A DNA stretch of 64,000 nucleotides from Bacteroidota bacterium (GCA_028876495.1 JAGWRO010000090.1:28557-92556); one strand, 5' to 3'. Shown: positions 29,505 to 38,928, counted from the stretch's first letter. Notes: generated from the sequence alone by a model not told the origin. Numbers and translations: made by a program.

Positions 29505-30560
29505 TTATCTTTTTTCATATTGTTCTTCATAATAATTCTGATAATTTCCACTCGTTACTTCATTCAGCCATTCACTGTTATTCAGGTACCAATCTATCGT
29601 TTTTGATAAACCTTCTTTAAACTGTAACGACGGCTGCCAGCCTAATTCGTTTTTCAACTTTGTCGCGTCTATTGCATAACGCAAATCGTGACCTGCCCGG
29701 TCTTTCACAAATGTGATCAGTTTTTCCGAAGTGCCTTTTTCACGGCTTAGTTTTTCATCCATTTGCCGGCACAGCTCTTTTATGATATCAATATTTTTCC
29801 ACTCATTATGGCCACCGATATTATAGGTTTCACCAATTTTTCCATTATGCAAAATGGTGTCAATTGCACGAACATGATCCTCTACATATAACCAATCCCG
29901 AACATTTTCACCTTTTCCGTAAATAGGAATGGGTTTGTTATTGATGATATTATGAATGGAAAGTGGAATTAATTTTTCCGGAAAATGATAAGGTCCGTAA
30001 TTATTTGAGCAATTAGAAACAATAACCGGTAAATGGTAAGTGTGAAAATAAGCTCTCACAAAATGATCTGAAGACGCTTTGGAAGCGGAATATGGGCTTC
30101 GTGGATCATACGCCGTTTCTTCTGTAAAAAATCCTTCTTCTCCCAAACTTCCATACACTTCATCCGTAGAAATATGATAAAATAATTTTCCTTCGTAATT
30201 GTATTTCCACTGCTCTTTTGCAACCTGCAACAAAGAAACTGTTCCCAACACATTGGTTTTTACAAAAGCCAAAGGATCGGTAATGGAGCGATCTACATGG
30301 CTTTCAGCCGCGCAATGCAACACATTGGTAAATCGATATTTTTCAAAAAGGCTTTTTACCAAGTTCATGTCCATAATGTCGCCCTTTACAAAAGTGTAAT
30401 TTGGTTTTTCCTCTACATCTTTTAAATTTTCCAGGTTTCCTGCATAAGTTAGTTTATCAAGATTTACGATCGTGTAATCGGGGTATTTAGTTACAAATAA
30501 TCGGGTAAGGTGCGAGCCGATAAATCCTGCGCCACCGGTAATTAATATCACTTTTTGCAT
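29505..30560 (-). CDS. rfbB: dTDP-glucose 4,6-dehydratase
   Basis: ITGGAGFIGS, AAESHVDRSI, ISTDEVYG, YSASKASSD, RAGHDLRYAID. True start MQKV at 30560. Confidence 0.97.
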   Translation of the reverse strand: MQKVILITGGAGFIGSHLTRLFVTKYPDYTIVNLDKLTYAGNLENLKDVEEKPNYTFVKGDIMDMNLVKSLFEKYRFTNVLHCAAESHVDRSITDPLAFVKTNVLGTVSLLQVAKEQWKYNYEGKLFYHISTDEVYGSLGEEGFFTEETAYDPRSPYSASKASSDHFVRAYFHTYHLPVIVSNCSNNYGPYHFPEKLIPLSIHNIINNKPIPIYGKGENVRDWLYVEDHVRAIDTILHNGKIGETYNIGGHNEWKNIDIIKELCRQMDEKLSREKGTSEKLITFVKDRAGHDLRYAIDATKLKNELGWQPSLQFKEGLSKTIDWYLNNSEWLNEVTSGNYQNYYEEQYEKR

Positions 30561-30586
30561 GAATTCTTTAAATTTTGAACAGTTTG

Positions 30587-30594
30587 CAAAAGTA
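30587..30594 (-). promoter_or_regulatory. -7 promoter element (TACTTTTG) at the head of the polysaccharide locus
   Basis: TAnnTTTG match 26 nt upstream of the rfbB ATG. Confidence 0.6.
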
Positions 30595-30720
30595 TATATT
30601 AATTTTCGCATTGAAACGGCCGGTGGTTCTGCAATACAATACACCAGATCGCTTTTTATGGTCGCGTGTTACCTTTTAAAATTATGTGTGGTTGGCATTT
30701 AACTAACCGCTTAAATAAAT

Positions 30721-30728
30721 TAAATTTG
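30721..30728 (+). promoter_or_regulatory. -7 promoter element (TAAATTTG) for the toxin-antitoxin pair
   Basis: TAnnTTTG match 16 nt upstream of ATG 30745. Confidence 0.6.
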
Positions 30729-30744
30729 TACAAACAATCCGGTG

Positions 30745-30978
30745 ATGGAAAATATATTAGAAAAAGAATTGCATGCTTATTTTGTTCAACTTAATGATGC
30801 AGAAAAAAAATCTGTTTTACTTATGCTAAAAACTTTTTTGTCAGGCAGGGGTAAAGAAGATATTGGAAATATTAGTATTGAACAATACAATAAAGATATA
30901 GATGAAGCTTTAGCGGAGGTAACAGAAGGTAAATTTATTTCACAGGCAGAAATGGAAAAGCAAGCTGATAAATGGTAA
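30745..30978 (+). CDS. Putative antitoxin (small acidic protein upstream of a RelE/ParE toxin)
   Basis: 77 aa with acidic C-terminus SIEQYNKDIDEALAEV..W; overlaps the toxin start by 7 nt. Confidence 0.7.
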   Translation: MENILEKELHAYFVQLNDAEKKSVLLMLKTFLSGRGKEDIGNISIEQYNKDIDEALAEVTEGKFISQAEMEKQADKW

Positions 30979-31268
30979 GAGAAGTAATATGGCCACAAAA
31001 GTCGCAGAATCAACTTGCAAAAGCATATGAACATATTCTAACGGATTCAATACAAAGTGCGGAAAAAGTAAAGCAAGAAATTCTTGCCTCTACCCGCAAG
31101 CTCGCCACTCTTCCGGAAATGCATCCTTTGGGTAAATACAGAAAAAATAATGATGGAAGTTTCAGGGCTTATGAGTTATATCATTACAGAATTTCATATC
31201 GTGTAACAGAAAAGCAAATTATAATTGTACGCGTGCGCCATACTAAAAGAATTCCCAAGGCTTATTAA
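30972..31268 (+). CDS. Type II toxin, RelE/ParE family
   Basis: 98 aa: VIW..SQNQL..AYEHI..SAEKV..I, RAYELYHYRISYRV..IIIVRVRH. Confidence 0.85.
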   Translation: MVREVIWPQKSQNQLAKAYEHILTDSIQSAEKVKQEILASTRKLATLPEMHPLGKYRKNNDGSFRAYELYHYRISYRVTEKQIIIVRVRHTKRIPKAY

Positions 31269-31289
31269 AAATTTTTTAGCATTCCAAAC

Positions 31290-31320
31290 TTTGTATTCAC
31301 AAACAGTAAAACTACATTTG
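31290..31320 (+). promoter_or_regulatory. Full consensus Bacteroidota promoter (TTTG-N19-TACATTTG) upstream of the ABC-F gene
   Basis: TTTG at 31290-31293 and TACATTTG at 31313-31320. A second -7 box TACCTTTG lies at 31425-31432. Confidence 0.6.
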
Positions 31321-31438
31321 GTTTAGATTTTTATTTTATAGACATTTTGAACGCCTTAAACATCAGAACCCATCACTTTACCCAAAACTATCTTAATCCC
31401 TTTCAAACAATCTTAACTCTGAATTACCTTTGCAGACT

Positions 31439-33355
31439 ATGCATTATGCCTCAGTAGAAAATTTAAGTAAGTCATTCGGAATCAGAACGCTTTTTAAAGA
31501 CATCAGTTTTTATATAGAAGAAGGCGACAAAATCGCATTTGTTGCGAGGAACGGGAGTGGTAAATCGACTCTTTTGAAAATCATTTCAGGCCTTGATACG
31601 CCCGATACCGGAACGATCTGGATTAATAAAGAGGTAAAAGTAATTATGCTTCAGCAGGAAACTGCTTTTGAAAATGATCAATCTATTTGGGATAATATTT
31701 TGAATTTGGATAATCCTGTTGTAAAGCTGGTAAAAGAATATGAAATGCTTTTGGAGGACGAATCGCAAAATGATCATCGAATTAGCGAATTGATTACAGA
31801 ATTGACGGAAGCAAATGCCTGGACTTTTGAAAGTGATCTTAAACAAATTTTAGGGAAATTAAATCTTCATCATCTCAATGAACCTGTAAAAAATTTAAGT
31901 GGCGGACAACGAAAGAGAGTCGCCCTGGCGCAGGCTTTGATTGAATCTCAATTGCATGAAGGAAAATGTATGTTGATCCTTGATGAACCCACGAATCACC
32001 TGGACGTGGAAATGATAGAATGGCTTGAAAATTTCCTTGCAAGCAATAAAAGCACTTTGCTTTTGGTAACTCACGATCGCTATTTTTTGGATGCTGTTTG
32101 TAACGAAATTATTGAGCTTGATGATGAAAAGCTCTATGTGTATAAAGGCGATTATGATTATTTTTTGGAACAAAAATCATTAAGGCAGGAAATTCAGCAA
32201 AGTGAATTGCAAAAAGATAAAAATATTTTCAGGAAAGAACTGGAGTGGATGCGCAAACAGCCGAAGGCGCGCACTACAAAATCAAAAAGCCGGCAGGATG
32301 CATTTGTTGAAGTTGAAGAAAGAGTAAATCAGAAAAAAGAGGTGGCTGAAGTTTCATTGCAGGTAAAGATGACGCGAATGGGCGGGAAGGTTTTGGAAAT
32401 GAAAAAAGTGTATAAAGCTTACGGTGATAAGGTCATCATGAAAGGGTTTGACTATACTTTTAAAAAAGGAGAAAGGATAGGAATTGTGGGAAAAAACGGA
32501 ACAGGGAAATCTACTTTTTTAAAAGTGGCTCTTGATCTTGTTCCGCCGGATAGTGGCAAAATAAATCATGGAGATACGATTGTTTTTGGAAATTTTGCAC
32601 AGGAAGGGTTGCAATATAAAGAAGATAAAAGAGCGATCGAATATGTAAAAGATTTTGCCGAATTTTTTCCTTTGGCAGATGGAAGTAAGATAAGTGCTTC
32701 ACAATTCATGGAAAAATTTGGGTTTACGGCGCAGCAACAATTTACACCTTTGAGCAAATTGAGTGGGGGCGAAAAAAGAAGATTGCACTTGCTGAGTATT
32801 CTTTTTAAAAATCCTAATTTTTTAGTGTTGGACGAACCGACGAATGATCTGGATCTGCAAACCTTAAGAACGCTGGAAGAATTTTTGCAGGATTTTCCGG
32901 GTTGTATTTTGATTGTAAGTCATGACCGCTATTTTATGGATCGGTTGGTAGATCATCTTTTTGCATTTGAAGGAAACGGTGAGATAAAAGATTTTCCGGG
33001 AAACTATTCTCAATACAGGCTTTGGAAGCAATTGGAAGAAAATAAACCGCAGAATCCAGGAGGCCATTTGCAAAAAGCAAAAGGTAATGAAGAAAAAAAG
33101 ATCAATGCAGATGTGAATGATAAGTCGTCAGCTTCAAAGAAATTTTCTTTTAAAGAAAAAACAGAATTTGAAAATTTAGAAAAGGAAATTGCAAGATTAG
33201 AAAAAGAAAAAAAACTACTGGAAGTAAAGCTGAGTAATGGTTCAAATGAATTTGAAAAACTCCAGGAAACGGCTGAAAGGATAAGTGATATTATTGTACT
33301 TCTGGATAAAAAAGAAATGCGTTGGTTGGAATTGAGTGAGAAAGCAGGGATATAA
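31439..33355 (+). CDS. ABC-F family ATPase (Uup-like)
   Basis: Two NBDs (ARNGSGKST/LSGGQ/LDEPTNH and GKNGTGKST/LSGGE/LDEPTND), linker, no TM segments, C-terminal coiled coil. Confidence 0.93.
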   Translation: MHYASVENLSKSFGIRTLFKDISFYIEEGDKIAFVARNGSGKSTLLKIISGLDTPDTGTIWINKEVKVIMLQQETAFENDQSIWDNILNLDNPVVKLVKEYEMLLEDESQNDHRISELITELTEANAWTFESDLKQILGKLNLHHLNEPVKNLSGGQRKRVALAQALIESQLHEGKCMLILDEPTNHLDVEMIEWLENFLASNKSTLLLVTHDRYFLDAVCNEIIELDDEKLYVYKGDYDYFLEQKSLRQEIQQSELQKDKNIFRKELEWMRKQPKARTTKSKSRQDAFVEVEERVNQKKEVAEVSLQVKMTRMGGKVLEMKKVYKAYGDKVIMKGFDYTFKKGERIGIVGKNGTGKSTFLKVALDLVPPDSGKINHGDTIVFGNFAQEGLQYKEDKRAIEYVKDFAEFFPLADGSKISASQFMEKFGFTAQQQFTPLSKLSGGEKRRLHLLSILFKNPNFLVLDEPTNDLDLQTLRTLEEFLQDFPGCILIVSHDRYFMDRLVDHLFAFEGNGEIKDFPGNYSQYRLWKQLEENKPQNPGGHLQKAKGNEEKKINADVNDKSSASKKFSFKEKTEFENLEKEIARLEKEKKLLEVKLSNGSNEFEKLQETAERISDIIVLLDKKEMRWLELSEKAGI

Positions 33356-33373
33356 AAATCAAAAAAAGCTTGA

Positions 33374-33952
33374 ATGAAAAACTGGTTTGTATCAGATCTT
33401 ATTTTTAACTCATTATATCCAAAACCTATTCAGGAGGTAGCTGAAAAACATTGGACTCCGATAAATGTTGCAAAGAAAGCAGCAGCTTTTTTAGCAACAT
33501 CAGAAAATGTAAAAGTGCTTGATATCGGAAGCGGTTCCGGAAAATTTTGCCTTATTGCGGCACATGAACATCCTCTTACTACTTTTTATGGAGTGGAGCA
33601 AAGACAGCATCTTGTTGACCTTTCAACCGATCTGGCCAAACAACTGGAGCTTGAAAATGTCACTTTTACCTGCGACAATATTTGCAATATAGATTTTGAA
33701 AAGTATGACCACTTTTATTTCTACAACTCCTTTTATGAAAATGTGCCTGGCACTCAAAAAATCGATTCAACCATAAAATATTCAGAAGAGTTATACAATT
33801 TTTACAATCGGTATTTATACAGGCAATTGAAGAAAAAACCTGAAGGAACAAGGTTGGTTACCTACCATAGTTTTGGCAGTGAAATACCGGCAGGTTATGA
33901 AGTGGTGAACACCGATTACAATGAGTTTTTAAAATTCTGGATAAAAGTATAA
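33374..33952 (+). CDS. Class I SAM-dependent methyltransferase of unknown substrate
   Basis: HWTP, VLDIGSGSGKFC, GVEQR, FYFYNSF. Confidence 0.8.
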   Translation: MKNWFVSDLIFNSLYPKPIQEVAEKHWTPINVAKKAAAFLATSENVKVLDIGSGSGKFCLIAAHEHPLTTFYGVEQRQHLVDLSTDLAKQLELENVTFTCDNICNIDFEKYDHFYFYNSFYENVPGTQKIDSTIKYSEELYNFYNRYLYRQLKKKPEGTRLVTYHSFGSEIPAGYEVVNTDYNEFLKFWIKV

Positions 33953-33984
33953 TGCTTACCCGGATTCAATTAATAAATGATGTG

Positions 33985-36120
33985 ATGAAAATATTTAGGT
34001 TTATTATCAGAAAAATATTTCTACTATTTTTCCTTACAGGTTTTATTAACCCATCATTTGCACAGGCAGTAAACAAAGGAATTATTCAAATTCTTTATTC
34101 TCCAGGTCATCCTTTAAATACTTTTGTTCCTTCAAAAAATATAGGGGGTGCTGTTGATGGACATTTTAAAGGTGACATTGATAAAATGCTTACTCATGAA
34201 AATATTTCAGAAATGAAATTAGCCGGACTCAAACCTGTAAGCTATCGTTTGAGAACAGAATTAGCCGGAGAGGTGTGGCACTGGAATCCTGAAGGGAAAT
34301 GGAGCGACAGTTTGAAACAACAAGGATACTGGATTTCCGATTCAGTAACTTCTAAGCCAATTGAGCTTTCCTATGGTTATCGTTTGCCCAGAAGAGGTAA
34401 CACACTCGACCAGGCTAACAATGATAGTTACTCGAGAATTTCAGACGGAGATACCGCTACTTTCTGGAAAAGCAATCCTTACCTTGATTCCTTTTATACT
34501 CATGAATCTAATAAGCTGCATCCTCAATGGATAATTGTAGATCTTGGTAAAAAATACAGGATCAATGCTATTCAAATTAACTGGGGAAATCCTTATGCAT
34601 TGAAATATAAAGTAGAATATGCAAAGGGAAACGATCCTCAATATTTTGATCCTTATGAACCGGGCATCTGGCATTCTTTCCCGCAAAACAATATTGACAA
34701 CAGTAAACAAAGAAATGACATTAAAAAGATTTCTGAAAAGCCCGAGTTGGTTCGTTTTATAAGATTTTCTTTTACAGAAAGTTCATATACCGCTTGTAAA
34801 ATCTCTAACGACATCAGGGATAAATTAGGCTTTGCTGTAAAAGAAATGGAAGTGGGAATGCTGGATGCAAAAGACAACTTCCATGATAGGATGCATCATT
34901 CTGCCAGCCACAATCAAAGTGTAGTTTATGTATCATCAACCGACCCATGGCACACAGCAAAGGATATTGATTACAATACAGAACAGCCTGGAGTGGACCG
35001 ATTTTTTACAGATGGTATTACCCTGGATCAGCCTTCTTTAATGCCAGCAGCACTTTTATATGACACACCGGATAATGTTTTATCATTAATAAAATATCTT
35101 GAAGCAAAAAAGTACAATGTAAAAGAACTTGAGATGGGTGAAGAACCTGAGGGACAATTGGTTTCTCCAACTGATTACGCTGCTCTGTATTTTCAACTCG
35201 CAAAAAAATTAAGAAGTCTGAATCATAATATTAAAATGGGAGGTCCATGTTTCGCTTCACTTTCTTCTGATGAAGAAGACAGTACCACTTTTACGGAAGC
35301 AAAATGGACAACGTTGTTTTTAAATTATTTAAAAAGCCGCAATAGCCTTAATCTCTTTAACTTTTTTTCTTTTGAATGGTATCCTTTCGACAATCTTTGT
35401 GCGCCATCTGCACCACAGTTAGCAGCAGCCCCGGGCATGATTTCAATGGCAATGAAAAATATTCGAAATGTTTTGCCAGCAAATACTCCGATGTATGTTA
35501 CAGAATATGGCTATTCTGCTTATGAAGGCAAGCCGGAAGTTGAAATACAAGGTGCATTAATGTATGCTGATATTTTAGGGAAGTTCATGGAATTGGGCGG
35601 CAGTAAAAGTTTTTTATATGGATATGAACCTGCTTTTCTTCAGCAATCATTTAACTGTGGCTATGGAAATAATATGCTGTTGGGGTTAAATGATAACGGC
35701 AAAATAAAATATAAAACCGCTGCTTTTTATGGAACACAAATGCTTACTCATTTTTGGGCACAACCTGTAGATTCTGTTTTAGAAGTTTTTCCATCTGTTA
35801 GTACTATTCAAAACAGGAAAAGGGAATCGCTTGTCAGCGCTTATTCTCTTCGAAATTCTGCTGGTAAATGGTCGGTGATGCTTATTAATAAAGATCCGCA
35901 TAGAACATGGAACGTTCATATTAGTGTAAAGGATATTTCAGCAAACAAAACGATCACATGGAACCCAATGCATTTGATACAGTACTCTAAAGATCAATAC
36001 CAATGGGAGGCTGAAGGAATGAACAGTTATGTGTCTAAAAGTCTTCCTCCTGTTGTAAAAAATATAAAAGGAGCAACAAATGTTTCCTTGCCACCTTTTT
36101 CATTAACAGTGATTAATTGA
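33985..36120 (+). CDS. Secreted F5/8 type C (discoidin/CBM32) domain protein, putative clan-A glycoside hydrolase
   Basis: Signal peptide ending SFA|Q; SDGDTATFWKS..WIIVDLG..INAIQINW module; candidate catalytic GEEPEG and VTEYG; C-terminal beta-sandwich ending LPPFSLTV. Alternative start 33952. Confidence 0.7.
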   Translation: MKIFRFIIRKIFLLFFLTGFINPSFAQAVNKGIIQILYSPGHPLNTFVPSKNIGGAVDGHFKGDIDKMLTHENISEMKLAGLKPVSYRLRTELAGEVWHWNPEGKWSDSLKQQGYWISDSVTSKPIELSYGYRLPRRGNTLDQANNDSYSRISDGDTATFWKSNPYLDSFYTHESNKLHPQWIIVDLGKKYRINAIQINWGNPYALKYKVEYAKGNDPQYFDPYEPGIWHSFPQNNIDNSKQRNDIKKISEKPELVRFIRFSFTESSYTACKISNDIRDKLGFAVKEMEVGMLDAKDNFHDRMHHSASHNQSVVYVSSTDPWHTAKDIDYNTEQPGVDRFFTDGITLDQPSLMPAALLYDTPDNVLSLIKYLEAKKYNVKELEMGEEPEGQLVSPTDYAALYFQLAKKLRSLNHNIKMGGPCFASLSSDEEDSTTFTEAKWTTLFLNYLKSRNSLNLFNFFSFEWYPFDNLCAPSAPQLAAAPGMISMAMKNIRNVLPANTPMYVTEYGYSAYEGKPEVEIQGALMYADILGKFMELGGSKSFLYGYEPAFLQQSFNCGYGNNMLLGLNDNGKIKYKTAAFYGTQMLTHFWAQPVDSVLEVFPSVSTIQNRKRESLVSAYSLRNSAGKWSVMLINKDPHRTWNVHISVKDISANKTITWNPMHLIQYSKDQYQWEAEGMNSYVSKSLPPVVKNIKGATNVSLPPFSLTVIN

Positions 36121-36193
36121 TAAAATGAATTTAAAAATTATTATTTTTTGTTGGTTTACTGTTATAGTATAAATGGGAATAACTCAATAAATA

Positions 36194-36760
36194 ATGAACT
36201 TAAAAAGAAAAATTATAACTTCAATCTATCCATTACAAATAAAAATTTCTAAACTTACAGGGATGGGAATCAACATATATGAAAATAAAGGTAAAGTGGT
36301 TGCACCTCAGCATTTTTATTCATTAAAAGCAACTTTAAATAATGGCGAAGAGATTTCTTTTGAAAGATTTAAAAACAAAAAAGTGTTGATTGTTAATCTT
36401 GCTTCTCTTTGCGGGTTTACGCCTCAATATACTGAGTTGCAGGAATTATATGAAAAGGCTGAAAACCTTGTAATCCTTGGGTTTCCTGCAAATAATTTTG
36501 GTGACCAGGAACCGGGAAGTGACGATGAAATTGGTAATTTTTGCAAGCTTAACTACGGTGTAACTTTTCCTTTATTTAAAAAAGATGATGTTACCGGAAG
36601 CGAAAAACAGCCGGTTTATCAATGGCTTTCTGATAAAAATAAAAATGGCTGGAACGATGTTGAGCCGCAATGGAATTTTTATAAATATTTGATTGATGAA
36701 AATGGAAATCTTGAAAAAGTTTTTTCTTCTTCCGTTTCGCCTAACGATATAAACCTATAA
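36194..36760 (+). CDS. Glutathione peroxidase family protein (Cys type)
   Basis: VNLASLCGFTPQY, GFPANNFGDQEPG, WNFYKYLID. Confidence 0.93.
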   Translation: MNLKRKIITSIYPLQIKISKLTGMGINIYENKGKVVAPQHFYSLKATLNNGEEISFERFKNKKVLIVNLASLCGFTPQYTELQELYEKAENLVILGFPANNFGDQEPGSDDEIGNFCKLNYGVTFPLFKKDDVTGSEKQPVYQWLSDKNKNGWNDVEPQWNFYKYLIDENGNLEKVFSSSVSPNDINL

Positions 36761-36802
36761 GGTTTTGCTTCGCCAATTCCCTTTGTTGCAAACCTTATAG
36801 TT

Positions 36803-37840
36803 TTACACCGGGCACTTTTCATGATAATTGATCAGCTCAATCGGTGTTTTTTCAAATTCGTAGCCCGAATAGTGTTTTACGATATTATCAAGCACATCTA
36901 AAATTTCATCTACTTCTTTTAGCGTTACTAATTTAGAACGATACTCTTTTATATTCGGCAATCCTTTTAAATAATTGGTGTAATGCCGGCGCATTTCATT
37001 GATGCCCACAACCGGGCCTTTCCATTCGTACGATTTTATCAAATGTTTTTTACACACAGCTACTCTTTCTTCAACAGTGGGCGAAGGAAGTATTTCACCG
37101 GTTTTTACATAATGAGAAATTTCATTAAAAATCCACGGATAACCGATGGCTGCACGGCCGATCATAATTCCATCTACTCCATATTTGTTTTTATATTCAA
37201 GCGCTTTTTTAGGTGAATCAATATCACCGTTTCCAAAAATCGGAATTGTAATTCTCGGATTCTCTTTTACTTTCGCAATCAACTCCCAGTTGGCACTTCC
37301 TTTATACATCTGCATTCTGGTTCGCCCATGAATCGACAGCGCCTGGATTCCGATATCCTGCAATCGTTCTGCCACTTCTTCAATATTTTTTGAATCCTCA
37401 TCCCAGCCTAATCTTGTTTTTACAGTTACCGGTAACGAAGTACTTTTTACCACGGCATCGGTTAAGCGGATCATCAACGGAACATCTTTTAAAACTCCTG
37501 CACCTGCACCACGGCACGCTACTTTTTTTACAGGGCAACCAAAATTGATATCTAACAAATCAGGGTTAGTCGCATCCACAATTTTTGCAGCAAGAGATAA
37601 ACTGTCTTCATCTCCACCAAAAATTTGAATGCCTACCGGTTTTTCATAATCAAAAATGTCTAACTTCTTTTTGCTTTTTATCGCATCGCGAATCAATCCT
37701 TCGCTGCTTATAAATTCTGTATACATCAGGTGGGCGCCGTTATCTTTGCAGACGGCCCGAAACGGCGGATCGCTCACATCTTCCATTGGCGCGAGCAGCA
37801 AAGGAAATTCAGGAAGTTGTATGTTACCTATTTTAATCAA
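36803..37840 (-). CDS. dusB: tRNA-dihydrouridine synthase B
   Basis: LAPMEDV, QIFG, DINFGCP, GAGA, HGRT, GNGDI, MIGRAA. Confidence 0.95.
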   Translation of the reverse strand: MIKIGNIQLPEFPLLLAPMEDVSDPPFRAVCKDNGAHLMYTEFISSEGLIRDAIKSKKKLDIFDYEKPVGIQIFGGDEDSLSLAAKIVDATNPDLLDINFGCPVKKVACRGAGAGVLKDVPLMIRLTDAVVKSTSLPVTVKTRLGWDEDSKNIEEVAERLQDIGIQALSIHGRTRMQMYKGSANWELIAKVKENPRITIPIFGNGDIDSPKKALEYKNKYGVDGIMIGRAAIGYPWIFNEISHYVKTGEILPSPTVEERVAVCKKHLIKSYEWKGPVVGINEMRRHYTNYLKGLPNIKEYRSKLVTLKEVDEILDVLDNIVKHYSGYEFEKTPIELINYHEKCPV

Positions 37841-37950
37841 AGTGCTTAGTTAAATAGAAATCTTCGTTATTTGTTTGTTTACTAATATCTTATTTATGTC
37901 CTTTAAAAAATTTTGGCTGTAAATTTACGCACTTAAATATTGGTAACATA

Positions 37951-38919
37951 ATGATTGACAGAAATTCGAGAAATTTTAGCTTTACGGGGCAATTGGGAAT
38001 TTTACTGGGACTTATTGGTGCCGGAATGATAATTAGCATTATTGTTTCTTTCCTGATCTGGCTGGTGATGACCGGCAGAGGGCTTGACACTATGGCCACA
38101 GATATAATGAATCCGAAATATTACAATGCGATAATGTGGATGCAGGTAGTTTCAACTTTCTTTTTGTTTTTTTTGCCTGTCTATTTTTTTGCCCTTATTT
38201 GCTACCGGAACCCAACTAAATTTATTGGCTTTAATACAAGAATCAATTATAAACAGGTGTTGATTTTACTGGCTATTGTGGCTCTTACTTTTCCTTTGTC
38301 AGGAGCTTTGGCTGAATTAACAAAAATGATCCCAATTCCTCATTCGTGGCAAATTTATTTTAAAGCAAAAGAAGCTGCCCGTAATGCACAAGAAAAGGCG
38401 CTTATTAATATTAATACATTTCCTAAATATTTGGTTTCAATGATAATAATTGGTTTACTGCCTGCAATTTTTGAAGAAGTTTGTTTCAGAGGCGGTATTC
38501 AGAATATTTTAACGAGATGGTTCAAAGGTCCATGGATTGCGATTATCATTACATCCGTTGTTTTCAGTTTGGTTCATATTTCTTATTATGGTTTCCTGGT
38601 GCGCGCTGTTCTCGGCGTTTTCCTCGGATTGGTCTTTTATTATAGCGGAAGTTTATGGCTTTCGATACTTTTCCATTTTCTGTATAACGGTTTGCAGGTA
38701 ACGGCACTTTATTTTGCAACGACTTCAGTGGGTAATTCTTCGAAAAATGCAAAAGATATTGAAGGAAGTTTTCCTTTGTGGGCCGGCGTTGTAGCACTTG
38801 TATTGATCATTTATGCTTTTATAAAATTTCGCGAAATCTCAATCCTCGAACAACAGAAATATGTGATGCCTGAAGAAGATCCAAACGATTTTCAAAACTG
38901 GATTACCAAAGAATCTTAA
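37951..38919 (+). CDS. CPBP (CAAX protease/Abi) family intramembrane metalloprotease
   Basis: EEVCFRG, FSLVH and H..YN motifs; multi-TM. Confidence 0.9.
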   Translation: MIDRNSRNFSFTGQLGILLGLIGAGMIISIIVSFLIWLVMTGRGLDTMATDIMNPKYYNAIMWMQVVSTFFLFFLPVYFFALICYRNPTKFIGFNTRINYKQVLILLAIVALTFPLSGALAELTKMIPIPHSWQIYFKAKEAARNAQEKALININTFPKYLVSMIIIGLLPAIFEEVCFRGGIQNILTRWFKGPWIAIIITSVVFSLVHISYYGFLVRAVLGVFLGLVFYYSGSLWLSILFHFLYNGLQVTALYFATTSVGNSSKNAKDIEGSFPLWAGVVALVLIIYAFIKFREISILEQQKYVMPEEDPNDFQNWITKES

Positions 38920-38928
38920 TACTGATGA

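Noticed and set aside
30561-30644. N-terminal extension of RmlB in the ORF track
   Set aside because: The homologous sequence starts at MQKV (30560), and a -7 promoter box lies inside the extension.
30595-30720. Possible ops/JUMPstart element or structured leader at the head of the glycan locus
   Set aside because: No GGCGGTAG-like motif was found. The segment lies upstream of the rfbB -7 box and has only weak hairpins.
36194-36760. Possible selenocysteine glutathione peroxidase
   Set aside because: The active-site codon is TGC (Cys), with no in-frame TGA.
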